DNA from: a bacterium
Lineage (GTDB): Bacteria > Patescibacteriota > Minisyncoccia > Phycocordibacterales > GCA-002787175
Direction of reading: 5' to 3'
NCBI GenBank assembly: GCA_030699905.1
Contig: JAUYKQ010000010.1
Location: 2,554-66,553 of the forward strand
Length of the DNA stretch: 64,000 bases
In this document: piece after piece, positions 57,021-64,000 of the stretch
How the letters are laid out: every line of letters starts with the position of its first letter
How positions within the stretch are numbered: the first letter of the stretch is position 1
Position numbers and translations under genes: made by a program
The notes under the pieces: generated by a model
Seen by the model: the letters and a program-made list of their open reading frames with translations, nothing else
Told to the model about the DNA's origin: nothing
Database searches by the model: none

Positions 57021-57887
57021 TCATGTCAGATATTTTTCGTATTCGTCGTACTTTTCATTTTGATTTTTGACTCGCCAGAGATAAAGGGGGATTTTGAAAG
57101 CAAAGCTCTTCTTAAATGTTTCTGCGACTTGGAAATTGAAATCACGATCAGCGCCACGCCCGACAAATGTCGGCCAAACACGATGGTCTCTTTTCCTAAA
57201 TTTCACTTTTTCCAAAATTTCTCGTTTGAAAAGGGGACTGTTCCCCGCGCAGGGGTATGGGTCAAGGGATCTGAAGAAAAGTTTGTTTATAAATCTGAGC
57301 TGTTTTATGCGGAAAGGGACGAGAGAGTGTAAGTTCCCAAATAGTGACATGGCGATTCCTTTTGTCCGCTGTCTAAGCTTCTCTATTTCCTTCGGGTTCA
57401 TAACGGCATCAGGATGATCTTTTAAAATTCTTTCGAAATCAAGTTTTTTGCCAGAAAGGGAAGGGTCGAATTTTTGCCAGTCGATACACACATGGTTTGA
57501 ATCGTATTTTAATGCCAATTCATATTCGGTTTCGATCCTGTTTAAGAGCGAGACATCGTCTGCGTCTTGGAAAGTAATCCATTGGCCTTGAGCTTTTTCA
57601 AATCCGTAATTTCTGGCAATCCAGCCCGCGTTTATGTTTCTGCCTTGCTCATTGAATCTCTCCGGGTCGTCATACCTAAGGGGGTAATAAAAGACATTTC
57701 CCAATCCTTTGAATTTTTCTACAACCTCTTTTGTGCTGTCTTCGCTGTTGTCATCAATAACGATAATTTCCAGATTTTTATAGGTCTGATTCAGCATACT
57801 CCGTATGGCGCCTTCTATCGTCGCAGAAGAATTATGCGCCGGAATAATGACCGATATAAGGGGCTGGTTTTTATCGCCTAGCGTCAT
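57021..57887 (-). CDS. Glycosyltransferase family 2.
   Basis: ISVIIPAHNSSATIEGAIRSMLNQTY...IIVIDDNSEDST...QDADD. Confidence 0.75.
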   Translation of the reverse strand: MTLGDKNQPLISVIIPAHNSSATIEGAIRSMLNQTYKNLEIIVIDDNSEDSTKEVVEKFKGLGNVFYYPLRYDDPERFNEQGRNINAGWIARNYGFEKAQGQWITFQDADDVSLLNRIETEYELALKYDSNHVCIDWQKFDPSLSGKKLDFERILKDHPDAVMNPKEIEKLRQRTKGIAMSLFGNLHSLVPFRIKQLRFINKLFFRSLDPYPCAGNSPLFKREILEKVKFRKRDHRVWPTFVGRGADRDFNFQVAETFKKSFAFKIPLYLWRVKNQNEKYDEYEKYLT

Positions 57888-57893
57888 TTGGAT

Positions 57894-59096
57894 CTATAAT
57901 TTAAGAATATTATCAATAAAGCCGGCAAATGTCCTGCTAAACGCTTCTTTCGTGTGGTTTTTCCTCGCGAACGACCACACTTCGCGAGAGAGCTTTTTGA
58001 CCTCCTTCGGTGGAAGAGTTGAAAAGTCCTCTACCGCTTCAGCGATATTTTCTATTGAAGGTTCGTCTATAACCTTGCTCGGAGCTTCCTCATAGATGCC
58101 TGTATTTCGCGTTACGATAGGGAAGATGCCCGCCTGCATGGCGTGTACGGTAGCTCCGCCACCGCCTTCGGAAGCTGACATGTATACGGTCGCGCCACAT
58201 TTGTTGAAGATGTCTAAAATGTTGATGCCGTCAGTCATGATTTTTCCGTCTTTCATGATTTTGGGTCGGCTATAGCGTTTTATATTCGGCAGAGAAAGCT
58301 CGCGCGCATATATTCTCTCAAATTCTTTCTCAAACGCGGATGGTCCCACGACGGAGAGATTTAGATGGGGGAGGGAAGCGAATGTCTCTACAACGAGATC
58401 GAGACCCTTCAATATCGCTCCGCCTCCTCCGAACCATAAGAAGTTCTTTCTGGCCTTATTGAAATCTTTATTTTCCGGAAACTCGTATATGTCCATTGCC
58501 GGCACGGGGACTTTTAGTATTTCTTTTCCAAATTTTTCGTATGTACCATGCACGGTCTTGTTGCCGTATCCCAGGATGAAGTCCGCGACAGACGGGTCGC
58601 TGGTCATGGGGTCTGTTCGTTTGGCCGGGAGGGTTACCCCCCGCCTTTTCTCAAAATTCCTCAATCTTTTTGCCTCAGCTTCGTTTTGGAATGAAGGATG
58701 AGAGGCCACGAGAAACATAACTTTTTTGCATTCTTTGGGAAGGTAACGCGATAATCTTTCAAGATTATACTGCATGTCTATACAAACAGCGTATTTTTTT
58801 CTCGGGACGAACCTAAAGTCGTCCCAGTTTGTAACATCAACATCGTATCCCCGATCCAGGAAAAGTTTTGCGATTTCTAAACATGTCCAATAATTCGGAT
58901 GCGGGTCGGTAAAGTATTCTCCCGGCGCTTGGATAAAGGGGCCTGTTATAAAAGAAAGCAATACTACCCCTTTTTTATTTTCCGGGGTATGGAGAGAAAC
59001 AAGCCCAAAGGCCTTATTCGTGATTTTGTTTTTATATGCGGTTATATACCGTCCCAATATATTTGTCATATATTTGTTTGATGGGATTCCAGCCAT
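57894..59096 (-). CDS. GT-B fold glycosyltransferase (GT1/GT4-like).
   Basis: C-terminal EGGGGATVHAMQAGIFPIV (GT-B nucleotide-binding motif). Confidence 0.5.
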   Translation of the reverse strand: MAGIPSNKYMTNILGRYITAYKNKITNKAFGLVSLHTPENKKGVVLLSFITGPFIQAPGEYFTDPHPNYWTCLEIAKLFLDRGYDVDVTNWDDFRFVPRKKYAVCIDMQYNLERLSRYLPKECKKVMFLVASHPSFQNEAEAKRLRNFEKRRGVTLPAKRTDPMTSDPSVADFILGYGNKTVHGTYEKFGKEILKVPVPAMDIYEFPENKDFNKARKNFLWFGGGGAILKGLDLVVETFASLPHLNLSVVGPSAFEKEFERIYARELSLPNIKRYSRPKIMKDGKIMTDGINILDIFNKCGATVYMSASEGGGGATVHAMQAGIFPIVTRNTGIYEEAPSKVIDEPSIENIAEAVEDFSTLPPKEVKKLSREVWSFARKNHTKEAFSRTFAGFIDNILKL

Positions 59097-60817
59097 AGCT
59101 CAAGACAGAAAAGTACCCAGACCTTGTAATACATACCCTTGTTTTTTTTACTGTAAAAAAGGGAAACAATCTCTCGCACGGCTTCTTTTTCAAGAAATTC
59201 ATACACATGCGCCGTGTTCCCGAATTTTTCCAGAATAAGCGTTTTCAGTTCCTTTGTACGCAACCATTCTTCAACCGGCGCGCCAAAACCTTGTTTTCGC
59301 CGATAGACAAATTCTTTCGGCATGATTTCAGCGAGGATTTCCTTCAAAATGATTTTGTTTTCGTTTTTGTTCATCTTGTACTCTATCGGCAGATTATACA
59401 CGAATTCAGCCAGTTTATAATCAAGAAAAGGGGAGCGTACCTCAAGTCCGTGCATCATGCTCATCCTGTCTATCTTGGTTAAAAGCTGTCCGGGAAGATA
59501 CACGGACAAATCAAAAAGATTTATCTTTTCAATATCATTCAAACCCTCGAAACTTTTGAGATTGAAATCCGACGAACTTTTCTGTCCGCGAAGTTTTCTT
59601 ATCTCCCCGGGAGTGAAAATAGATATGTTTTTCAAGTATCCTTTAAATGGGCTAAGAAACAGTTTTTGGAAAGTGTGTTTTTTCCACGAAAGGTGCCAGT
59701 GCTTCTGATACCAGCCGTATCCCATGAATAGTTCGTCCGCGCCGTCTCCGGAGAGGGCGACCTTGACCCTCTCCGAAGCGAATTTAGAAAGGAGGGATTG
59801 AGGAAAGAGAGATGAATCCGCGTGAGGTTCGTCAAGGTATTTCAAACAATCTTTTAAGACGTCAATCTGGTCTTCGCTGGCTTGGAGAGTGAAATGGTCT
59901 GTGCCTATTTTGTCAGATGCTTCTTTGGCGTATGGCAATTCGTTTCGGTGCGACCCGTATCCCAAGGAGAAAGTTTTAATCGGTAAAGGTGAAAATTTTT
60001 GAGCGTATGCCGTCACCATAGTTGAATCAACTCCTCCCGATAAAAAGCTTCCAATTTCCACATCAGCCACCATTCTTTTCCTAACCGCTTCGGTAAAAAG
60101 TTTTTTTATTTCTTCTTTGGCGTCTTCGTAAGTAATATCCAAGGGTCTCTGCTCCGGTTGCCAGTATCTACTTTTTTGAAGCTTGCCGTTTTCGTATACG
60201 GCGTATTCGGCAGGGGAGAGTGTGAAGATGTTTTTATAAACCGTCTTCCACGGCGGAATATACATGAGGGTGAGGTAGTCGTCTATGGCTTCAGGTGATA
60301 TCTCGCCCTTAATCTTTCCGGATGCAAAAAGGGCTTTTATTTCCGATGCTACCAAGAGGTTATTTGAATCATCGTAGGCGTAATAAATGGGCTTCTTTCC
60401 GAAACGATCGCGAGCCATGAAAAGCTTCTGCTTTCCTTCGTCCCAAATTGCAAAAGCGAACATGCCATCCAAATATTTCGGGCAGTCGGTTCCGTATTCC
60501 TGATATGCTTTGAGGATTACTTCAGTGTCGGAGTTGGTGCTAAAAATGTAACCTTTCGTTTGAAAATCCATTTTCAGTTCTTTGTAATTGTATATTTCTC
60601 CGTTGAAACTTATGGCGATATTTCGCTTATTGTCGCGCATCGGCTGATGCCCGCCGGAGAGGTCTATTATGGAGAGACGAGTTTGCCCCAAAATACAGTT
60701 GGGGAATTCCAATATGCCTTTATCGTCCGGCCCTCTTTTTTCAAGAGAAGCAATCATTGCATTTGTATTTATGCGACAATCCGACGATTTTTTTACTATT
60801 GCGATAATTCCACACAT
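59066..60817 (-). CDS. asnB: Asparagine synthetase B (glutamine-hydrolysing) family amidotransferase; glycan-modifying WbpS-like in this context.
   Basis: N-terminal MCGIIAIV (Ntn Cys) and PP-loop SGGVDST. Confidence 0.8.
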   Translation of the reverse strand: MCGIIAIVKKSSDCRINTNAMIASLEKRGPDDKGILEFPNCILGQTRLSIIDLSGGHQPMRDNKRNIAISFNGEIYNYKELKMDFQTKGYIFSTNSDTEVILKAYQEYGTDCPKYLDGMFAFAIWDEGKQKLFMARDRFGKKPIYYAYDDSNNLLVASEIKALFASGKIKGEISPEAIDDYLTLMYIPPWKTVYKNIFTLSPAEYAVYENGKLQKSRYWQPEQRPLDITYEDAKEEIKKLFTEAVRKRMVADVEIGSFLSGGVDSTMVTAYAQKFSPLPIKTFSLGYGSHRNELPYAKEASDKIGTDHFTLQASEDQIDVLKDCLKYLDEPHADSSLFPQSLLSKFASERVKVALSGDGADELFMGYGWYQKHWHLSWKKHTFQKLFLSPFKGYLKNISIFTPGEIRKLRGQKSSSDFNLKSFEGLNDIEKINLFDLSVYLPGQLLTKIDRMSMMHGLEVRSPFLDYKLAEFVYNLPIEYKMNKNENKIILKEILAEIMPKEFVYRRKQGFGAPVEEWLRTKELKTLILEKFGNTAHVYEFLEKEAVREIVSLFYSKKNKGMYYKVWVLFCLELWLESHQTNI

Positions 60818-60854
60818 ATAGATTAGTCCATAAAGTCGAAAGTTTAAGATTGAT

Positions 60855-61730
60855 TTAAAGTTTTAACCAACTATGGGGAATAATATCTGCTGGTTCAGTC
60901 GTCTTATCTAAAAACCATTTTTTAGGAGCAATTACGGTCTTATTTGCATTTTCATTTAACCACGCACCCCACCAGCTAAAACTAGAATTTGCAATAATAT
61001 TACTTTTACACTTCGTCATTAGTATCATCTCTTCAAAGTCGCTAAGCGAAAAGTCAGATGCAAATACGGGGCTATTTAAGAAATGCAAATTATTCTTCAC
61101 CCAATCAGTGTCATCCGAGAATACATAGAATTTCGGGTTAGGATATTTTTTGCCGATCTCGTTTACGGCTTTATTGTAATATTCTGCGGAACATAACCCG
61201 TAATTTTTTAAAAGTTCGGGATTTGAAACATAATCTCCTCTCCGTATATGGATCGATACCGAATCAGATGAAGCGATCTCTTCAATCCTCTGCGACATTT
61301 CTGGAGGGATTTCCTTTAGTGTAAATTCCCTCCGAATCGTCTCTTCAATGTCTTTGAAATATTTTTCGCTCTGCCAATACCCATCCATGTACACATCGTC
61401 CTTTAATTCAAGTACGTGAGGATTAAAACCGAATCCCTTCTCTGTTATATAAATGGAGCTGTCGGCGACCATTCTGTTGTATATAAATCTGAAATATCTG
61501 ATATTACTTTTCTTATATATCTTGAAACGTCGGATATCCTTTTTCGAGGCATTGTCTCCCGTTATGTTAAATTTATCAAGCGAAAATGACCGCACGGTGG
61601 AATTTCCACCTCCACTGAAAAAACTCAAATCAAGTTTAAGCTCGGCCTTGTTTACTTTCGCCACTCTTCGCGCCGTTGCATACTGAAACATCTGATTGCC
61701 GAGACCTCCCATTAGTTTAACCATTATCAT
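60855..61730 (-). CDS. GT11 alpha-1,2-fucosyltransferase family glycosyltransferase.
   Basis: MVKLMGGLGNQMFQYA and SIHIRRGDY. Start at the internal Met so as not to overlap the upstream GT2 gene. Confidence 0.7.
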   Translation of the reverse strand: MIMVKLMGGLGNQMFQYATARRVAKVNKAELKLDLSFFSGGGNSTVRSFSLDKFNITGDNASKKDIRRFKIYKKSNIRYFRFIYNRMVADSSIYITEKGFGFNPHVLELKDDVYMDGYWQSEKYFKDIEETIRREFTLKEIPPEMSQRIEEIASSDSVSIHIRRGDYVSNPELLKNYGLCSAEYYNKAVNEIGKKYPNPKFYVFSDDTDWVKNNLHFLNSPVFASDFSLSDFEEMILMTKCKSNIIANSSFSWWGAWLNENANKTVIAPKKWFLDKTTEPADIIPHSWLKL

Positions 61731-62620
61731 ACGAATTTTTTTAAAAACTTTCTGTAATTTCTCTGCTTCATGTGAATGAAAAAAGCTCGCGGAAGACGGA
61801 TTAGGAGCAAGAGGGCGCATAGAGGGCGGTACGAAGTTCCTTTCAGGGCTTCCATATGGCTTTTGAAGTAGGTGTCAAACCGGCCATAAGGGAACATGTG
61901 GTTTTTCGGGTCTTTTATGATTATTCTTTTCACCGAGCTTACGCTGTCATTTTTGGTTGAATTGGGACTTGAAAATCCGCCGTGCCTTTTTTTGAAAAGC
62001 ACTCGCGAATCCACATAGACCTTAAAACGACTCACAACCGCCAAACTGAAATGATAATCCGAACCCCACTCTCTTTTTTGCGGATAGATTTCCCACGCTT
62101 TTCGTACGACTTCGGTTTTGAAAAGGGCGTACATAAAGTGGTTTTTTCCCAATATTTCCGGCTGGAGAACATATTTCGTTACCTGCCTTATCCCCGGTTT
62201 TCCGGAAAACTTTGTGAATTCCGTCATTTCTCGTAAATTTCTGCCGTAAGAATCCACGTCCGCGACGACTGTTTGCGCGACATCAACGTTTCTTTTTTCT
62301 ATATTTTCAACGCACACTTTGATAAAGTCCTTTTCCCAGATGTCATCGTGAGAGGCCCACATGAAATATGGCGTATCTGCTTGGTCCATTACAAATTTTA
62401 AGTTGGGAAACATTCCCAGATTTTTTTCTTGTTTGCAGTATTTCACTCGCGCGTCTCTTCTCATGTATTCCATGCATATTTTTTCCGTAGTGTCTTTGGA
62501 CGCGTCATTGGATATGAAAAGGGTAATGTCCCTAAACGACTGACCAAGAAGGGACTCTATGGCTTGTCGCATAGTCGCTTCTCCGTTATATACAGGCATT
62601 CCTATAAATACTTTTGACAT
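61727..62620 (-). CDS. Glycosyltransferase family 2.
   Basis: VFIGMPVYNGEATMRQAIESLLGQSF...FISNDASKDTT. Confidence 0.75.
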   Translation of the reverse strand: MSKVFIGMPVYNGEATMRQAIESLLGQSFRDITLFISNDASKDTTEKICMEYMRRDARVKYCKQEKNLGMFPNLKFVMDQADTPYFMWASHDDIWEKDFIKVCVENIEKRNVDVAQTVVADVDSYGRNLREMTEFTKFSGKPGIRQVTKYVLQPEILGKNHFMYALFKTEVVRKAWEIYPQKREWGSDYHFSLAVVSRFKVYVDSRVLFKKRHGGFSSPNSTKNDSVSSVKRIIIKDPKNHMFPYGRFDTYFKSHMEALKGTSYRPLCALLLLIRLPRAFFIHMKQRNYRKFLKKFV

Positions 62621-62623
62621 AAG

Positions 62624-63322
62624 TTATTTGACCCTTTTTAAGTATCCGTTAACATTGAATGTCGCGTTCTTACCGAACATATCGCAATATTTTATATCAA
62701 CTTCAAAATTGCTGTCAGAATTTAAAAACTCTCTAATCGCCCTAAGAGGACCTCCATTAAATCCCTTTTCTTTGGACAGATAATTTACAATACCGTCTTC
62801 CACGATAAAATAGGAACCGATTGAAACGAGCGGGGCGAATTTGCGAAGGGCTCCAATAGTATCTTCATACATATGAGATCCGTCCTCTATTACGAGCACT
62901 TTAGAAAATCCTTTGGTTTCCTTGATATCATATTTCTCCCATCCTTCTGTGAACAGTTTAATTCTCGGATGCCGCGCCAGTGATTCGTCTGATTGTTTTT
63001 TTATGTCTATAGTGTGAATGGTTCCATGTCCCAGTGTTTCCATGATGTCTGCCATATACAGGGTCCCTCCACCTATGTTTGTTCCGATATCAATAACAAG
63101 GTCCGGCTTTACGGAACAAATTATCATCTGGTAAATTACATAATCAAAAGGGCATTTAAGAGCTGGAATTCCTCTGTAAGTAACCTCAAAATGTCCCGAG
63201 TAGATGGAGTTCGTGTCAAAATATATCTGCTCATTTTTCGGAGCAAACATGAATTGTTTTTTTAGTAACCGATAAATAAAAAACACTTTATCCGGCAAAA
63301 ATTTTCTTAGTATCTGTTTCAT
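62624..63322 (-). CDS. Cephalosporin hydroxylase (CmcI)-family class I SAM methyltransferase (sugar O-methyltransferase-like).
   Basis: PDLVIDIGTNIGGGTLYMA and VLVIEDGSH motifs. Confidence 0.65.
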   Translation of the reverse strand: MKQILRKFLPDKVFFIYRLLKKQFMFAPKNEQIYFDTNSIYSGHFEVTYRGIPALKCPFDYVIYQMIICSVKPDLVIDIGTNIGGGTLYMADIMETLGHGTIHTIDIKKQSDESLARHPRIKLFTEGWEKYDIKETKGFSKVLVIEDGSHMYEDTIGALRKFAPLVSIGSYFIVEDGIVNYLSKEKGFNGGPLRAIREFLNSDSNFEVDIKYCDMFGKNATFNVNGYLKRVK

Positions 63323-63389
63323 AAAATTCAGGATTTATAGTTTTTATATAGTCCCTCGGGGCAGATCCTCTGGGGACCATATAAGCTCC

Positions 63390-63550
63390 TCGGCTCGCCC
63401 CGTTAGAAGCTTTGCTTCTAACGGGGCTCGGGAGTGAAAAGTCAAAGCACTTTTCACTCCTCTCGCATAACGATCGCTTATATAGACATACTATATAAGC
63501 TCCTCGGCTCGGGAGTGAAAAGTCAAAGCACTTTTCACTCCTCTCGCTCT
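63390..63550. repeat. Two direct copies of a ~55-nt unit, each with a 12-bp perfect hairpin (ggagtgaaaagt caaagc acttttcactcc). The first copy carries an extra nested hairpin (ccccgttagaagc/gcttctaacgggg).
   Basis: ataagctcctcggctcg...ggagtgaaaagtcaaagcacttttcactcctctcgc is repeated. Confidence 0.55.
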
Positions 63551-63557
63551 ACGTCGC

Positions 63558-64000
63558 TTATAAACCATCCTTGGTCTCATAATCGCCACCCCAACAGGAT
63601 CTTATCCGTTTTAGTGTGCTGAAGGCCTCATCAATGGCTTTAAGTGCGTTATTGATGTTAAATTTACTGTCATAATATTTTTTTACTTTGCCATCTTTTT
63701 TGTCATTTAGCATCAGCATAATTTGATTGGCTATGTCGTCAGGGTCTAATCCGTCAAAGTAATAACCGTAATTTCCTAGTTGTTCAACGTGTCCCGGTAA
63801 GTTGGTACAAGCTACCGGACAATCCAACTCCGCTGCCTCAAGAAGAGGCATGTTGGTTGGTCCCAGCAACGTCGGCATGACCAGACCTTGAGATTTGTTG
63901 TAGAGCCAACGCAATTCTTCCAGTGAGACAAATCCCAAATCAATCACATTATTTTCCAGTTTCAGGTCAGTAATAGTTTTTAGTATGTACTTCTTGTTAC
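63558..64000 (-). CDS. Glycosyltransferase family 4, C-terminal part (gene continues past the window end).
   Basis: LVMPTLLGPTNMPLLEAAELDCPVACTNLPG (GT-B C-domain). Confidence 0.55.
   Translation of the reverse strand, partial: NKKYILKTITDLKLENNVIDLGFVSLEELRWLYNKSQGLVMPTLLGPTNMPLLEAAELDCPVACTNLPGHVEQLGNYGYYFDGLDPDDIANQIMLMLNDKKDGKVKKYYDSKFNINNALKAIDEAFSTLKRIRSCWGGDYETKDGL

Noticed and set aside
63390-63550. CRISPR array.
   Set aside because: There are only two repeat units, the intervening sequence is partly shared, and there are no cas genes. It is better described as tandem hairpin repeats.

Overview
Bacterial contig, AT-rich, most consistent with a Candidate Phyla Radiation (Patescibacteria/Parcubacteria-like) genome, all on one 64 kb window.

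Layout, 5'->3' on the + strand:
- 1-1345: the 3' end of a 23S rRNA gene (preceded by the 3' part of a group I intron) and a 5S rRNA gene. Both carry AT-rich hairpin insertions.
- 1502-9769: a conserved envelope block: hypothetical membrane protein, SEDS FtsW/RodA, GT4 glycosyltransferase, WbaP-like polyprenyl sugar-phosphate transferase, two small membrane proteins flanked by duplicated remnants of an epimerase gene, then SecD and SecF.
- 9820-15919: a consensus sigma70-like promoter and a 16S rRNA gene that is unlinked from the 23S/5S and heavily interrupted. It contains hairpin insertions at V1, V2, V3 and V6, two group I introns with intact LAGLIDADG homing endonuclease ORFs (E. coli sites ~788 and 1506), a ~940-nt ORF-less insertion near site 1390, and a tRNA-Ile(GAU)-like sequence inside the site-788 intron. 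A second tRNA-Ile(GAU) lies downstream.
- 15974-27701: ThrC-like PLP enzyme, MurC-like ligase, Bpt-like transferase, MraY, an ATP-grasp/peptidase fusion, RsmI, PCD and a putative glycoside hydrolase.
- 27877-28301: a promoter/terminator-bounded candidate structured RNA of unknown class.
- 28414-31844: a TraD/VirD4-like P-loop ATPase and a PKD+LTD surface protein.
- 31866-64000: a ~32 kb surface-glycan island: about 11 glycosyltransferases (GT2, GT4, two GT11-like, one GT-C), 5-6 methyltransferases, a truncated UDP-sugar dehydrogenase, two SDR epimerase/dehydratases, AsnB, and a DegT-family sugar aminotransferase interrupted by an in-frame intein with a LAGLIDADG endonuclease domain.

The most unusual content is the density of mobile and palindromic elements: homing-endonuclease introns in 16S and 23S, an intein, a MITE with 17-bp terminal inverted repeats, GC-clamped hairpin modules sitting inside all three rRNAs (including 5S), in-frame palindromic insertions in conserved enzymes, and several intergenic repeat families. 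I found no CRISPR array and no canonical 16S anti-SD tail.
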